Shown: positions 50,829 to 63,344, counted from the whole stretch's first letter. The stretch is 63,344 nucleotides of DNA, filler included, from Octopus bimaculoides (GCF_001194135.2; 8 parts of 7 records of this genome joined end to end with filler, not necessarily neighbours in it); one strand, 5' to 3'. Notes: generated by a model not told the origin, from the letters alone. Numbers and translations are program-made.

Positions 50829-51084
50829 TTATGTTGCATGATCGTTTGTGCAATTTTGCTTGTGATAGAACCTAAATGTGTGAAAAGAGCGGTGATTGCA
50901 GTTGCTAAACGCTTCGTTATATCGATTAAGTAGAGTGGGAGAATTGTATTTTAAAATATGGAACGCCTCCGTTAGGCAAAGCTTGCAATTGGAGCGCTGG
51001 CCCTGGTATGGAGTTCCAGAATCTAAAATGGACAATTTTAAGGTGTATTGGGTATTTTTGTTTTTGAGGTGATGAATATGATTG
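50829..51084 (-). mobile_element. Penelope-like element, C terminus of the GIY-YIG endonuclease region
   Basis: NHIHHLKNKNTQYTLKLSILDSGTPYQGQRSNCKLCLTEAFHIL...LLNRYNEAFSNCNH fits the PLE C-terminal CxLCxxE...LN..E...C.H pattern. Downstream sequence to about 50200 may belong to it. Confidence 0.7.
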
Positions 51085-51184
51085 NNNNNNNNNNNNNNNN
51101 NNNNNNNNNNNNNNNNNNNNNNNNNNNNTTAATTAATTAANNNNNNNNNNNNNNNNNNNNNNNNNNNNNNNNNNNNNNNNNNNN

Positions 51185-51223
<39 letters not shown>

Positions 51224-52159
51224 GCATTTATGGTATCAATAATAGTGGCAATGTCATTGCAAATCTAAATATCTATTATTGTTTTGTTCTTATTGGTTTT
51301 AGGGATATATGTTTCCTTACATTTGATGCTGTTTTAATATTATTATTGGAATTTTATTTTTATAATTATCTCTATTTTTATGCTGTATTTTATTGATTCA
51401 ATCATTATGATTATTATTACATGCTGTTAAAAGGTAGACTGTATTGCAGTTAATATGGTTTTTCACAATTAGGGATATACTCTATTTTCCCAGTATAACC
51501 AGCTTTAGACATGGTGATATAATAAACAGCATTTTATAAAAAGTAATTTCTATTAGCAGAAAGTTGAGAAATATAGTACAACACACCTCTAATTATAGAT
51601 TTAATGACAGCTTAGAGATGATTAGAATTACAGTGGTCAGTAAGGAAACTTGAATGGCTTGTGAGGATCATGCAAGCTACGTTACAGAGGTGGAGTTAGC
51701 AATAAGTAAAATGATGAATTTAGCATCATCATCATCGTTTAGCATCCGTCTTCCATGCTAGCATGGGTGTGACCACTGCAGATAGGAATCTTCCAGGTCA
51801 TAGTGGAGGAGTTTAAAAAGTGGCAATCTATGGTGATACTTTTCTTCTTACTACTAACTCTGTTATAGAATTAAAGTAGATTTTCCAGACATGGAAATAA
51901 ACTGAGAAATGAAAGGCTTCAGAGTAAACTTAACAAATGTTAAACTTTTAGTAAGAAAGAAAGAAAAAGAGTTCAGGTTAATGGCCATCTTTGATATACA
52001 AAAAAGAACAAGAAATTCAATATGGTGTAATCCTGTACAAACTATGGATACACATGAGGTGTAGTTAAATCATAGGCAGGTTAACAGAAAAATCATTGTT
52101 TATATGCAGTAGATACAAAAGAGCAGAGAGCAAAATTAATCCAAATGAAATTCAAATGT

Positions 52160-52990
52160 TTGGAAGGTGCCCTATATTCTAACTATTAGGTGATCTGGTT
52201 AGGAGATGGGTGTTCCAAATATGTAGTAGCCAGAGTAAGAACAGGGCAGAAAAAGTTCAAGGACCTATTAACTCTGCTTGTGAAAAAGAGTTTCTAAAAG
52301 GTAATTTATATGATAATTGTGTCTGAAGTGTGATGCTGCATGGTAGCAAGGTATGAGACTTGAATTTAGAGGATTGTGAAGACTAGAAATAAAGTATACT
52401 CTGTTGGATGGAACACAAATGAGATAAATGGAAAACTGGATTTATCTTCATTTTCTTTTTTTTTTTATATACTTGTTTTAGTCATGAGATTGTGGTCATG
52501 CTGGGTCACTGCCTTGAATTTTTAGTCGAAAGAAATCATCTCCAGTACATATTTTTTAAGCTTAGTACTTATTCTATTGGTCTCTTTTGCTGAACCACTA
52601 AATTACAGGGACATAAACTCACCAACACTGATTGTCAAGTGATGAGGGGGGACAAAAACACACAAGGACACACACATATAGATGTACATACATATATATA
52701 TGACAAGCTTCTTTTCAGTTTCTGTCTACCAAACCCACTCAGAAGGTTTTGGCCAGCTTGAGGCTGTAGTAGAAGACACTTGCCCAAAGTGCCATGCAAT
52801 AGGATTGCACTGGAACCATATGGTTGGGAAACAAGCTTCTTACAACACAACCACTCCTGTAAAAGAAATCAGATATAGGGTATGGGCATATGTGATGTAG
52901 AAGGTAGTTGTCTAGAATAATGAGTGTTCAATGTTAATGCAAAAGTGAGATCTAGGAAGGCGTGGGTGAAAGTGCAGCTTTAGGAGAGAA
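52160..52990 (+). mobile_element. Degenerate RTE LINE C-terminal fragment, split by a SINE
   Basis: Remnants of the YLGD...ARVRTG.KKF.DLL...SVMLHGS motifs at 52160-52410, continuing after the SINE at about 52860-52990. Confidence 0.6.
52470..52858 (-). mobile_element. SINE family B, CpG-decayed copy
   Basis: The reverse complement aligns with 7095-7520, but CpG sites are replaced by TpG/CpA. Confidence 0.85.
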
Positions 52991-53059
52991 CACATCTCAA
53001 AAGTCTGGGTTTTATCTATCAATTGTCAACTTGAATAGCTGATTTCTGCTTGGACCTAT

Positions 53060-54400
53060 GTAAGGAAAACTCTCCTACTCCCAGATATTCTTCACATTTA
53101 GTAGCCTTTCATAATGACACTTCCAAACCTCTTTCTTTGCCGAATCACTAATTGCAAATGTGCTGTCATCCATCCAAATACACTTCTCTCCTACAACATC
53201 ATGATTTTCTTTGGCACTCTGCAATTCAGAACATCTCATTCCTCTGATCCTCATGCCGCAGAACAATGGCAAACTTCTTCCTTTCAGCTTCTCCCTTAGC
53301 TAAATATACCTGTCACCTTGCTTCTCTCCTAGCTACCTGGTATAATTCTCTGCTACCCTCATTCTCCCAGACCACTTTCTTTGCTCTTATGGTTCTGTCT
53401 CCTACACTGTTCCACCACCCTAGGTATCATTGGGACTTTGCATCATTTGCAAATTTGATCTGTGGCCTGTTAGAAATACCAGTTGTCCTCTAGGTTACAT
53501 GTCTCTACCCCCCCCCTCACCAATGCTTTAATTAGTTTATCTCTAAATCTCTGACTATTCAAAGGACCCTTAAGCTTCCAGATGTTTCTTTTCAGACTAG
53601 TCTGCTTCTTGGGATCTCTCTAACACAAATTCTGAAGTCTCTATTGATTAACCCATGTTGAGGAGTACATTTTTCACCTGGAAAGGTTTTTGTATTCATG
53701 AGCAATCATCTATCTGACTTTCTGATGAGCATGCAGTCCAGAGGTTCTCAACCATTTTTAATCTATGGACTCCTTTGATTACTAGCCATTCAATATTTAA
53801 AAAGTAGTTTTATGGTAACTTCTTTCAAAATTCCTATTTTGTTTTACACATATTCACTTGTGTAGATTGAACAATGCAAAATGTTAGAGAAAGAAACTTA
53901 GCTGTTTCTTGCAAAACATACCAATACATACATCTAAAGTAAACATTTTTCGGGGACCCTTAAAATAGTATTGTGGAACCCCAGTTTACTATTTCAATAT
54001 GTTGACCTCCAAAAATCTTGTATGGATGCTCAGGGTCATATGGACTCTGGTTGAGAACACTGGTGTAGTCAGTCTGACTTGTGTGGCCACTAGATGACCA
54101 GCTGACTGGCTGGTTTCCTGGAGTTGATATTGCAGATCATAAAGTTATTTGCATTATAGAACTCCTGTAGCTTTGTTCCCTCCTTGTTACAAGAACCAAC
54201 TCCATAGCCTCCATGCACATCGTGATGTTGCCTAGTATGTCCATGACGTCATCAACCATGAAGATAAGGTCACTGTCATTTTCTTTGAGGTAGTCTGTGT
54301 AAAAGAGGATCATAAAATCAATCCTTTTGGTCATCTGGCAGACTTGGTTGAGGAGCATAGGCAGAAATAATTGTTGCTGTACTACCTTGCAAAACTATTC
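53060..54400 (-). mobile_element. Degenerate RTE LINE ORF2 (APE end plus linker region), interrupted by a hAT MITE
   Basis: DVHGGYGVGSCNKEGTKL (RTE APE motif); GWWNS...RELYQVARREAR...KGEAERKKF; ENHDVVGEKCIWMDDS...KKEVWKCHYERLLNV. Confidence 0.75.
53739..54062. mobile_element. hAT (Charlie/Buster-like) MITE, 324 bp
   Basis: Termini CAGAGGTTCTCAACC / GGTTGAGAACACTG, with a degenerate 8-bp TSD atgcagtc / gtgtagtc (6 of 8 identical). Nested in the RTE remnant. Confidence 0.75.
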
Positions 54401-54559
54401 TAAGCATAAGTATCCTGTTGCACACTCCAACTACCTAAATCACCTCATCTACCCATTTTTCAGCTAAAAGTATGCCTACACCACCAACCACATCATTGTT
54501 GTCTACCTAGAAGATTTCATACCTGTGCTGAACCTAGCTGAAATTCCCCTCCACCTTCT

Positions 54560-55350
54560 TGAACAGAACCAGCATCTTCACACCTTTCTGGCATCTCAAG
54601 ATCTCACCAGACCTACCTTTCAATGTGTGTACATTGACCATGCCAGTTATAAAGGTGTGGAAAGAGTGGCAAGAGAGAACGGTGATGGCTGAAAGGAAGG
54701 GACAGCATGCTTCTGTGAAATTCTGTTTTCTGTTGGGGAAAATGGCAGCCAAAACAGTTGTCATGCTTCAAACAACTGACAAGGATACTACCATGAGCAA
54801 AACACAAGTTTATGAATGGTTTTCACTTGTCGCTTGAAGACCAACTTCATTTAGGGCAACTATGGACCTCCCAAACAAATGAATACATCACTGAATAATT
54901 GATGAACTTGTTGACATGACTGATGTGTCCTAGAACTTCTGCCAATGAATTTTGAGCAAGGAATTGTGAATGAAAAGAGTTGCAGGAAAATCTGTGCCTC
55001 GCTTGCTCACAGAAGATCAAAAGCAGTCATGACTAAATGCGTGTCATGAACTGAAAGAACAGTTCACCCAATCTTGCTCCCTGCAACTTTTTTTTTGTTC
55101 CCCTGAATGAAAAAAGTCCTTAAAGGAAAACATTTTGCAGATGTGGAAGAGGTGAAGAAAAAACAATGAAAGCATTAAAAGGCATCACTTCACAAGAGTT
55201 CCAGGACTGCTTCGAACAGTAGAAATCACTTCTGGGCCAAGGCATTGCTGCAAATGGAGAATACTTTGAAGGCGATAAAAGTGTAAATATGTAAAACTAA
55301 GTGAATAAAATAATATTTCAAAATTCTGGTTTCTTTTGGGTAACCCCTCG
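54560..55350 (+). mobile_element. Internally deleted mariner element
   Basis: N terminus QHASVKFCFLLGK...MSKTQVYEWFS, then RVAGKSVPRLLTEDQKQ jumping directly to PNLAPCNFFLFP...GEYFEGD. The right TIR ends ttcttttgggtaacccctcg. Confidence 0.85.
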
Positions 55351-55399
55351 TTTGATGAGAACTCTATGCCCCTGAATCTTAATTTGAGGCATTAGTTGA

Positions 55400-56470
55400 A
55401 GAAGATTTTTATAATTGCTGATCTTCCATATCCTATCCTTGGTGCCAATTTCCTGAATCATTTTGGTCTTCTTGTAGAGTTGAAACACAGGTATTTACAA
55501 TATACCTGCTACTGTCAGTCCTCTTTTCTTTGTACCCTCTACATCTAATCTTTATCATGTGATCCTTAAAAAATTTCCAGGCACCACTTGCACTGCTTTT
55601 AATAATGAGTGTCTGGTACACTCGATTACACATCATGTTATCACTAAGAGACCTCGTGTTTCATCATGACCTAGACATCTCACTCCTTAGCAAGTTAAAA
55701 ATAGCTGAGGACAAATTTAGTCACATGTTGGACCCTTGAATAACTTGACTTCCACTTGGAGATTGACATCCTTGTAGAGACTACAGACATTTGAATGTTC
55801 CAGATATGTACCCAGTTCCACATATTCATAATTACCCAACTTCTTTACATGGTTGTACTGTTTTCCAAAAATTAATTTGGTACTTGCCTATAATGAGATT
55901 CCTATAGAGCCTACTGATGTTCTTAGAAACAGCCATAACTGCTCCTTTTGGACTTTTCAAATTTCTCAAAATGCCTTTTGGTTTTTGGTATTCTGCTAAT
56001 ACATTCCATAGATTTATTGATGAAGTCACTCATAGTTTAAACTTTGTTTTGACTTGATTGCTATCGCTATGGAAGAGCAGCATGAATAACATTTAGAACA
56101 ACTTTTTACTAGATTGTCACAGTTCAGTGTAATAATTAACCCCAATAAATGTCTTTTTGATGTTTCTTCTATTGCATTTTTGGGACATATTATCAATAAA
56201 AATGGAATTCATCCATTAAAAGGAAAATTTGATGCCATTACAAATACCCCTGTTCCTGCATCACTGAGAAAGCTGTGTGAATTTCTCAGTTTCATTAACT
56301 TCTGCACTGTAACCATATTTCCATTAACAGAGCTGTCACATAATTGCAAAAATAAAGAATGAAACTATTTCTTAAAATGCAGCAGAATTGCAACCTTTTA
56401 ATGACATCAAAGAAAAATTAACTAAACCTACTGTATTAGCTCTCCCAGTACCAGAAGTTCCACACCTGGG
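55400..56470 (+). mobile_element. Degenerate Ty3/Gypsy pol fragment (protease end and RT)
   Basis: FIIADLPYPILGANFLNHFGLLV; ITHHVIT; DYRHLN; YPVPHI; TAITAPFGLFKFLKMPFG; INPNKCLF...AFLGHII. Many stops and frameshifts. Confidence 0.85.
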
Positions 56471-56501
56471 ACAAAGCATAATTTACGCACGCACACACAC
56501 A

Positions 56502-56534
<33 letters not shown>

Positions 56535-56879
56535 CCCCTCTCTCTCCCTCCCTTTTAAATTTGAATTTTGTGCTGGAGGAATCATAGTTTATAGAGCAAT
56601 GTGATGAAAGAAACAGCACAGCATCAAACTTACACTATTTATATTCTCCTCTTGTTCAGAGTTCAAATTCAGCTTTTTTTTTTATTCTGCAGTAATATAC
56701 TGATATAAATTCAATGAACTATATATATGTCTCACTTTGTAATTTCAATTAAATTTCTTTTCCTTTATTCCCTGCATTGTACTTCTGTTAGATTTTTATC
56801 ATGTCTCTCTCTTTCCCATTTTATATCTGGATTCTTTATATTAATTTAATTTATTTCATATCTTTCTTCTTCTTTTCAG

Positions 56880-56954
56880 CCAGAAACAATTGGTGACTTA
56901 AATAGTTTACAAGAGCTCTGGCTTGATTGTAATAATCTTATCCAGTTACCTCGA
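56880..56954 (+). CDS. scrib: Internal coding exon (75 nt, phase 0-0) encoding one leucine-rich repeat, PETIGDLNSLQELWLDCNNLIQLPR; LAP family (Scribble/LRRC1-like)
   Basis: Long polypyrimidine tract ending ttttcag at 56879 and a perfect GTAAGT donor at 56955. The 25 open codons match the LRR consensus LxxLxLxxNxL and resemble, from memory, the Scribble repeat PDTLGALPNLRELWLDRNQLSALPP. The exon call is strong. The symbol is a best guess, because one exon cannot exclude an LRRC1/Erbin-like paralogue. Confidence 0.8.
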
Positions 56955-57229
56955 GTAAGTAATGTGTATTTGTTGATTCTGATCTATACTAATTTTGGTT
57001 TTATTGTCTTCCTTGTGTGTTTATTTTTATTTAGTTTATAAAATATTTTAATATTTTATGATTTTTCTATATTGTTGAATGATGGTAGTGCTTTAATGTG
57101 TTTGTTCACTAGATGTTGTCCTAATATTATTGATGTTGTATGTTTGTCAGTAGCATGTTTTGTTTTTACTGCATGTTGTTATTTGTTGATTGTATGGTGG
57201 CTATTGTTGTTGTCAAGATTACACACAAA

Positions 57230-57740
57230 CACATACAAAACTGCTTGACAGCAGAAGATTGGGCTCGTGGGTACCTTTAGCAGAATACACTCTACTATAA
57301 CTATTCAGGAGCCAGGTTTCCGGTTGGATGATAACAGTGCACGACTTTTGTTCCCTGTCCCATACAGCTATATCTAACATGTTCTGCTTACACACAGTTT
57401 CCATTTTTATTCAAATGTCCATCAGAATGTTTTAGTTTTAAAAGTGTGGATGCTTTGGGGTTCTGGTGTACCTTTGGTATGACTGTAGGACAATCCTTTC
57501 TGACTGTCTTAGCAACAATGTTATGTCTAATGGGAAGTTTGTATCTTGTGGACACTTTTGGACAATAACAAATGATATGAGTGATATCTTCCATACTAGT
57601 ATGGCACAATCTATCACAGCATTCAGTGGGGTGTGGAAGCATCCTGTCTTTTGTTGATCTTATTTAGTAGCTATCTCTTGTCCTTGGATATTGAAGGCAT
57701 AGCTTTCTAAATGCGATGTGATGTATCTATCACAGGTCCA
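57230..57740 (-). mobile_element. Degenerate RLE-type LINE: CCHC knuckle plus endonuclease
   Basis: CDRLCHTSMEDITHIICYCPKVSTRYKLPIRHNIVAK (CxxC..HI..CP..RHN motif), then LDIAVWDREQKSC. It may extend upstream to about 58870. Confidence 0.7.
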
Positions 57741-59632
57741 AGGGCAATTATATGTGTGTTTGCATACAAACAACCTGTGTATAATTTATACATCATATTT
57801 AAGCCACATTATAACCCTGAAGTTTTTGACTACATATGTCTTTTAGTTTTTAGCTACTTGTGTTGTCTATAACTGCCTACCAGTCTGGCACAACAATCTC
57901 AGCATTCATTATTCTTTTCAAACAGCTTAATAAGAGCTGCCTTGTAGAATGTGAGCTTTCTCTATTAATAGACTCCCTGTCCCTCCTAGGGACTGATTTC
58001 TCTTTTTGCAGTTTTGCAACAACCATCAGGAGAGTTTCACTATTGATATTATAAATTTTGAGAGAGATGGTTGCACAGTGCTCATTTTGCATCATGGTTG
58101 TCATATCAACTTTGCGTCATGGTTGTCATGTTTGTTTACATTCCAGATCCCTCCCTAAAATGACTCTCAGTCATCCAAGAGAGAGGTTTCCATAACCCTG
58201 ACCTTTTGTATTGTGATACACTGCTTGTGGTTTTATTGCAAACTTGCAGTTAATGGGTTTTCATTCTCAAAGATTTTTTAATAAAGAAATTGTTCACTTA
58301 TTGCTTGCAGTTTGTGTTTAAGGGAAGATAACTTGTCTCTTAATGTCTCTTGTCAACAGCTCCCATAGACGTCAGATAAGCTATCATAAAGTTGAAGATG
58401 GTGGTTCATGAATATATTATTCATCTTAGACTTCATATATGTCTAACTATGCAGTATTTTCTCTGAATCTGTTGACATGGACATGGAGAGAAGTAATCCA
58501 TTTTGTTTGTTTTGTCTCACTGTGGTTGATCCCACTACTTATGTATCTTGGCAAATGGTAATTGTGGCACAACATAGCAGAACATTCCATACCCAAAAGT
58601 TGGGATTTTCAATCTGTATACACTGTTGATAAGTTTTCTTTTGATCCATAAAGTAGTTGTTTGTTAATGTAGATGAAATTTTGTTTCAATTTTGCTACCG
58701 AGTGTTCTTTCAGTTGTTTGTATTCTTCACTCATTATTTCTGCTTGTTCATAATTAGTTGTTGCTTGCTCATGTAATGGCAGCATATTCGTTTCAATTTT
58801 ATTGTTATCGCATGTCATGATTCTCAGAAGACGAATTGAGTGATCTGGCCCGGCTCTTATTGGCTGCATTATTGTAATAGTCTGTTAATTTTTTTTCAAC
58901 AAAGGTTGCTATAGATATTTATGTCAAAGGAATTACAAAAAAAAAAATGTGATGTTGCAATATTTTCATTCTCACACTAGTTTCAATAATTCTTGTGTTC
59001 AGTAATTTACATAAGAACCCTTTCATCAGGAAAAATAAATAAAGGAAGGAAAAAAAAAACAGAAAAATCGACAATTAGAACATAATGTAAAGATATCGCT
59101 CTAGAATATTTGATCAAGACTTCTCTTGTTTAGTGTGTATTAGATTACATAGCAATGTGCTTAACAGAATGAAGGATGGGAGGAAGGTATCAGCAGGCAG
59201 AAAAAAGTTCATAAAGCATTGCTGTATAGTAGTATACCAAGAAACAAAATGTCAACACTTCAAAGAACTATGGTATACATATACAGATAACTTTGTGAGG
59301 ACACTGAGAGGGATAATTACAATCAAAGATGTATATACATATAAAGCAGCACATATATAATTTTTATGCATTGCTACAATTATGTGCTTATATGCATACA
59401 TAAATCAACTTACATGTATGTGTGTGTTTATGTATATATATACATACACACATACACACACAATCATTGATGTACATCTAAATATGTATGTATATACATT
59501 CATCTATAGTTTTGCATGAATAAACATGTGCGTGTGTGTGGTTTGAGATAAACTCTACAGGCACAGATGTGTCATCAGATGGGCTAGTCCATATGTGTAC
59601 ACATACATAAATAATCATCATCATCATATATA

Positions 59633-59987
59633 TCTATAAAAGAGAGGATGTTTGTGTGTACGTGAATATAGTTTATGCACGTCCACAGATTAGCACGCAC
59701 GTCGCTCCAATTTTAGGAGGTGATGTGTCATGACTTTATGTGCATTTTAGCGAAATTTTTCTCTCAGAGGCACCCGCATATGGCTGTAAAAATCGATAAA
59801 CTTTTACCAATTTTGAAGTTTGTTGACATGGCGAAGTCAAATCTGTGCGTACGCGCATGAAGGCGAGAGAGAAAGAGAGAGAAATTGTATGTTTGTGAAG
59901 GAGAGATACATTTTGTTTGCCAGCGTCTGACAAAAAAAAGTAGGAGAGGGCCGCTATTTCTTAACAGTGGTGTGGTAAGAAAAAAAT

Positions 59988-59990
<3 letters not shown>
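59633..59990 (+). mobile_element. Possible non-autonomous Helitron 5' portion
   Basis: Starts a|TCTATAAAAGAGAGG, a TC start after A. It keeps CpGs, unlike the upstream CpG-poor DNA. No 3' CTAG end was found. Confidence 0.35.
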
Positions 59991-60024
<34 letters not shown>

Positions 60025-60356
60025 NNNNNNNNNNNNNNNNNNNNNNNNNNNNNNNNNNNNNNNNNNNNNNNNNNNNNNNNNNNNNNNNNNNNNNNNNNNN
60101 NNNNNNNNNNNNNNNNNNNNNNNNNNNNNNNNNNNNNNNNNNNNNNNNNNNNNNNNNNNNNNNNNNNACATTGCACACAAAACACATGTTGCCAAAAAGA
60201 AATAGACGCTATCTTTTTATAGTGAGTATGCGAGACAGAAAGTGTGGTGTGTATGTGAAGTTCTTTTGTTAATGTGAGAGAGCAGCATGTGTGTGTGTGT
60301 AATGTTGCTGTGTGTGTGAGACAGGGAGAGAGAGAAAGAAAGAAAGATATACGGGC

Positions 60357-60390
<34 letters not shown>

Positions 60391-60595
60391 AACACACACA
60401 CACACACACACACATACGAACATGTATGCGTACAAAAAATATGTATACAATTGGTGTACATACGTGCGTGTGTGTATGTGTGTGTTGCTCATATANNNNN
60501 NNNNNNNNNNNNNNNNNNNNNNNNNNNNNNNNNNNNNNNTTAATTAATTAANNNNNNNNNNNNNNNNNNNNNNNNNNNNNNNNNNNNNNNNNNNN

Positions 60596-60845
60596 TATGG
60601 AATGGAAATATAATAAAAGTTTGATGACCACATGTTGCTAGATGGTTACTCAGTGGTATTTGGCGGACCTCTGGGTTTTTAATCTGTTGTCGATGTACCC
60701 GTGAGCGTTCCGATAGTGCATTACCTGTCTGGCCAACGTACAATTCTTCACAATTAGGGCATTTGATGCAGTAGATTAGATTTCTACCTTTGCAGTTCAT
60801 GTTCGCATTGGTGAATATTTTCCCTGTTTTTGTGTTCATATATGG
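60596..60845 (-). mobile_element. Penelope-like element GIY-YIG endonuclease fragment
   Basis: NCKGRNLIYCIKCPNCEELYVGQTGNALSERSRVHRQQI...SNHLATCGH contains the GIY-YIG equivalents and Cys/His zinc ligands. Confidence 0.85.
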
Positions 60846-60874
60846 GCCGGTATGGTCCCTCCACCATCGCATGG

Positions 60875-61035
60875 CAATCGATGTTCGTATGTTTACGTCC
60901 CCGTAACTTAGCGGTTCGGCCTAAGAAACCGATAGATAAGTACTCGGCTTACAAAGAATACGTCCTGGCGTCGATTTGTTGTACTAAAGGCGGTGCGCTA
61001 TAATGGGTGCCGTGAAATGTCTGAAACAAGTAAAA
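60875..61035 (+). mobile_element. SINE family B, 3' half
   Basis: gtttacgtccccgtaacttagcggttcggc...ctgaaacaagtaaaaga. Confidence 0.8.
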
Positions 61036-62255
61036 GAATAAAATAATAGAAGTATATATCAGAATATCATCAGGGAAGAACGTACGAAGAAATTTATATA
61101 CTGCATATTGAAAACGAAAGGAAAACATTAAATAATCAGACCGGAAAAATACAATGTACCTTTAAAATTAATACATAATATAAAAATATATACAGTTATA
61201 GAAATAGCCATTGTCATAAATAACATTAATATTCATGCAGACATACCCTTGAAAAAATACGATAACTGGGGATACATAAAAAAAAACAATAGAGAGGTTA
61301 TTATATTATCGGAGTAGAGAAGTAAAATCATTCGGTATTTCATACATATATACATATGTGCACATATATATATACACACATGCACACACACTCACATACA
61401 CACATATAAACAGATATAAAGTATGGTGAATTTACAAAAGTTATTAAATTTGTTAAAATTATCAATTAATTAGAAGAAAAAGTGAGAATATATGAAAATT
61501 TAAGTGATACTACGATATTTAGAAAGAATTAAGAGGAAATAGAATAATAGAAAAACGGAAAATATATGAGTTTATGTACAAATGCGGTACCATAGAAATA
61601 TTCAAATCAAAGAAGAGAAAAGTTAGACGCGGAACAAGCGAGGCGTGCACAACACAAAATATATGGTAAATCATTAAGCGGCGTTTAGAATAAATGAAGG
61701 TAAGATAGAAGATAATTAATGAATGAAACTATTCTTACATGTACCTTTTAAATGTTAAAAAGTTAGCTATACATACCTCTGTATTCGTATTATCCTGCAT
61801 ATACATGCACACACACATGCGTATACGTAAGCATATATGCACATACACACCAACAGTCACATACACACATACGTATATATAAACATAAACACACATACGG
61901 ACAGACACAATCCACACATACACCGTATATAGATGAAGGAGAAACAAAATGAAATGAAAATTATATTAAACATAAATTATAAATTAAGTTATTTAATCTA
62001 TTTAAAAATTGATTGAACAATTAATTATGTATATACCCATACAAATGCACAGTCAACATAGCCCAACAGACATACATATATACACACAAACATATGCATA
62101 TATATATATGTACACACACACACACACACATAAGAATAAATAGGTAGATAAATATCCGCAAATATAAAATATATAAACATAAAATATAAGGATAAAATGA
62201 CTTATATTTATACATACACATACATATGTATATGCATACACACATTTATCCATGC

Positions 62256-62314
<59 letters not shown>

Positions 62315-63344
62315 GTTTATATACATATGTATATTGACAGATAAGAGTACACATACGTCTAAAATAAAAAATATATAAATACTTAAGTGAATAAATATAT
62401 AAGTAGATAAATAAATGTACAAACTTAGATATACGCTCACATATAAATATATACAAATACATTTATATATTTTTCACTGACACGTATCACCATATATTAG
62501 AATAATTAATTAGAAGAAGAAATAGAATATAATTAAAATTATTAAAATAAGTTATCATATCCTCCTATATAGTTCATAAATATATAAACTTTAAAAATTA
62601 TATTGCATATTTATAGTAATTAATGTCCATTAATTAAATAATTAAAGATAATTTATTCCATATAATAAATGTCCTGTGGTTGAATTATGTTATATGTATA
62701 AATATTAATGCTAAAGCTCTATCAATGATATATTAATATCAACCGAATGAGCAAATTGCAAAAATCGGTCAAATTTATTATTCATTAATACTAATGAAAT
62801 ATTAGAAATTTACTTATATTTTGCAAATAGAAATTTGCTCTTATGGCTACAGGCTAAAATGTTTTCAGAATGTATGTAGAAAAGTAATTTACGGGAAATG
62901 AATATTTGATATACATCTTCATTGCAAAACTCACATCTTCTCTCTTGGTTTTAATAATAATAATAATATATGTATGTGTGCCTATGTAATAAAGCATTCA
63001 ACCAGTCTAATCTTAGATATAGCTATCACTCTGAGAATTTTATATCCTTATTTGTACTTTAATATGTGTGTGTGTGTGTGTGTGTGTGTGAGTGTGTGTG
63101 TGTGTGTGTGTGCGTGTGTGTGATCACGTGTGCATCGTTGGCGATTTTCTTTCTCTGTATTCCCTTCATTCGACATTTCCTATATTTCTGAAGAAGATCT
63201 CCAAACGAAACGTTAACATTCTCGTTGTGTTCTTTCCCTTCCTGAGCGTCCAATAGCACTGTACTTATTCCACATCCTCGCGTTGTTTTTTAGTGATTTT
63301 TCGTGTTTTTTTCTTGCTGGTTCATGTTTAAATTGTGTATATAC

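Noticed and set aside
1-63344. CRISPR arrays, rRNA genes or prokaryotic operons
   Set aside because: None seen; the sequence is eukaryotic intronic/intergenic DNA with no repeat-spacer structure.

Overview
AT-rich, microsatellite-saturated animal genomic DNA. The repeat landscape (three tRNA-derived SINE families, RTE/CR1/R4-like LINEs, Penelope, Tc1/mariner) looks like a coleoid cephalopod such as Octopus; that is an inference. The window is not one contiguous locus: seven artificial linkers (44 N + TTAATTAATTAA + 44 N) join eight assembly pieces. There is no intact long ORF, and most ORFs in the track are microsatellite or N artefacts. The one recognisable host coding sequence is absent from the ORF track: a 75-nt LRR exon of a Scribble/LAP-family gene (56880-56954, +). 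It sits in a CpG-depleted piece whose SINE copy shows CpG-specific decay. Best leads: (1) a head-to-tail pile of R4/Dong-like RLE retrotransposon 3' ends that appear to target (TACA)n microsatellites; (2) a textbook pri-miRNA-like hairpin at 8582-8675, plus a second candidate at 2237-2280; (3) a symmetric, probably bidirectional CpG-rich promoter at about 3480-3810; (4) a ~370-bp almost fully palindromic foldback element interrupted by a dimeric SINE; (5) DD36E-spaced Tc1 remnants, a CCCH-finger LINE ORF1 and hammerhead-like cores.
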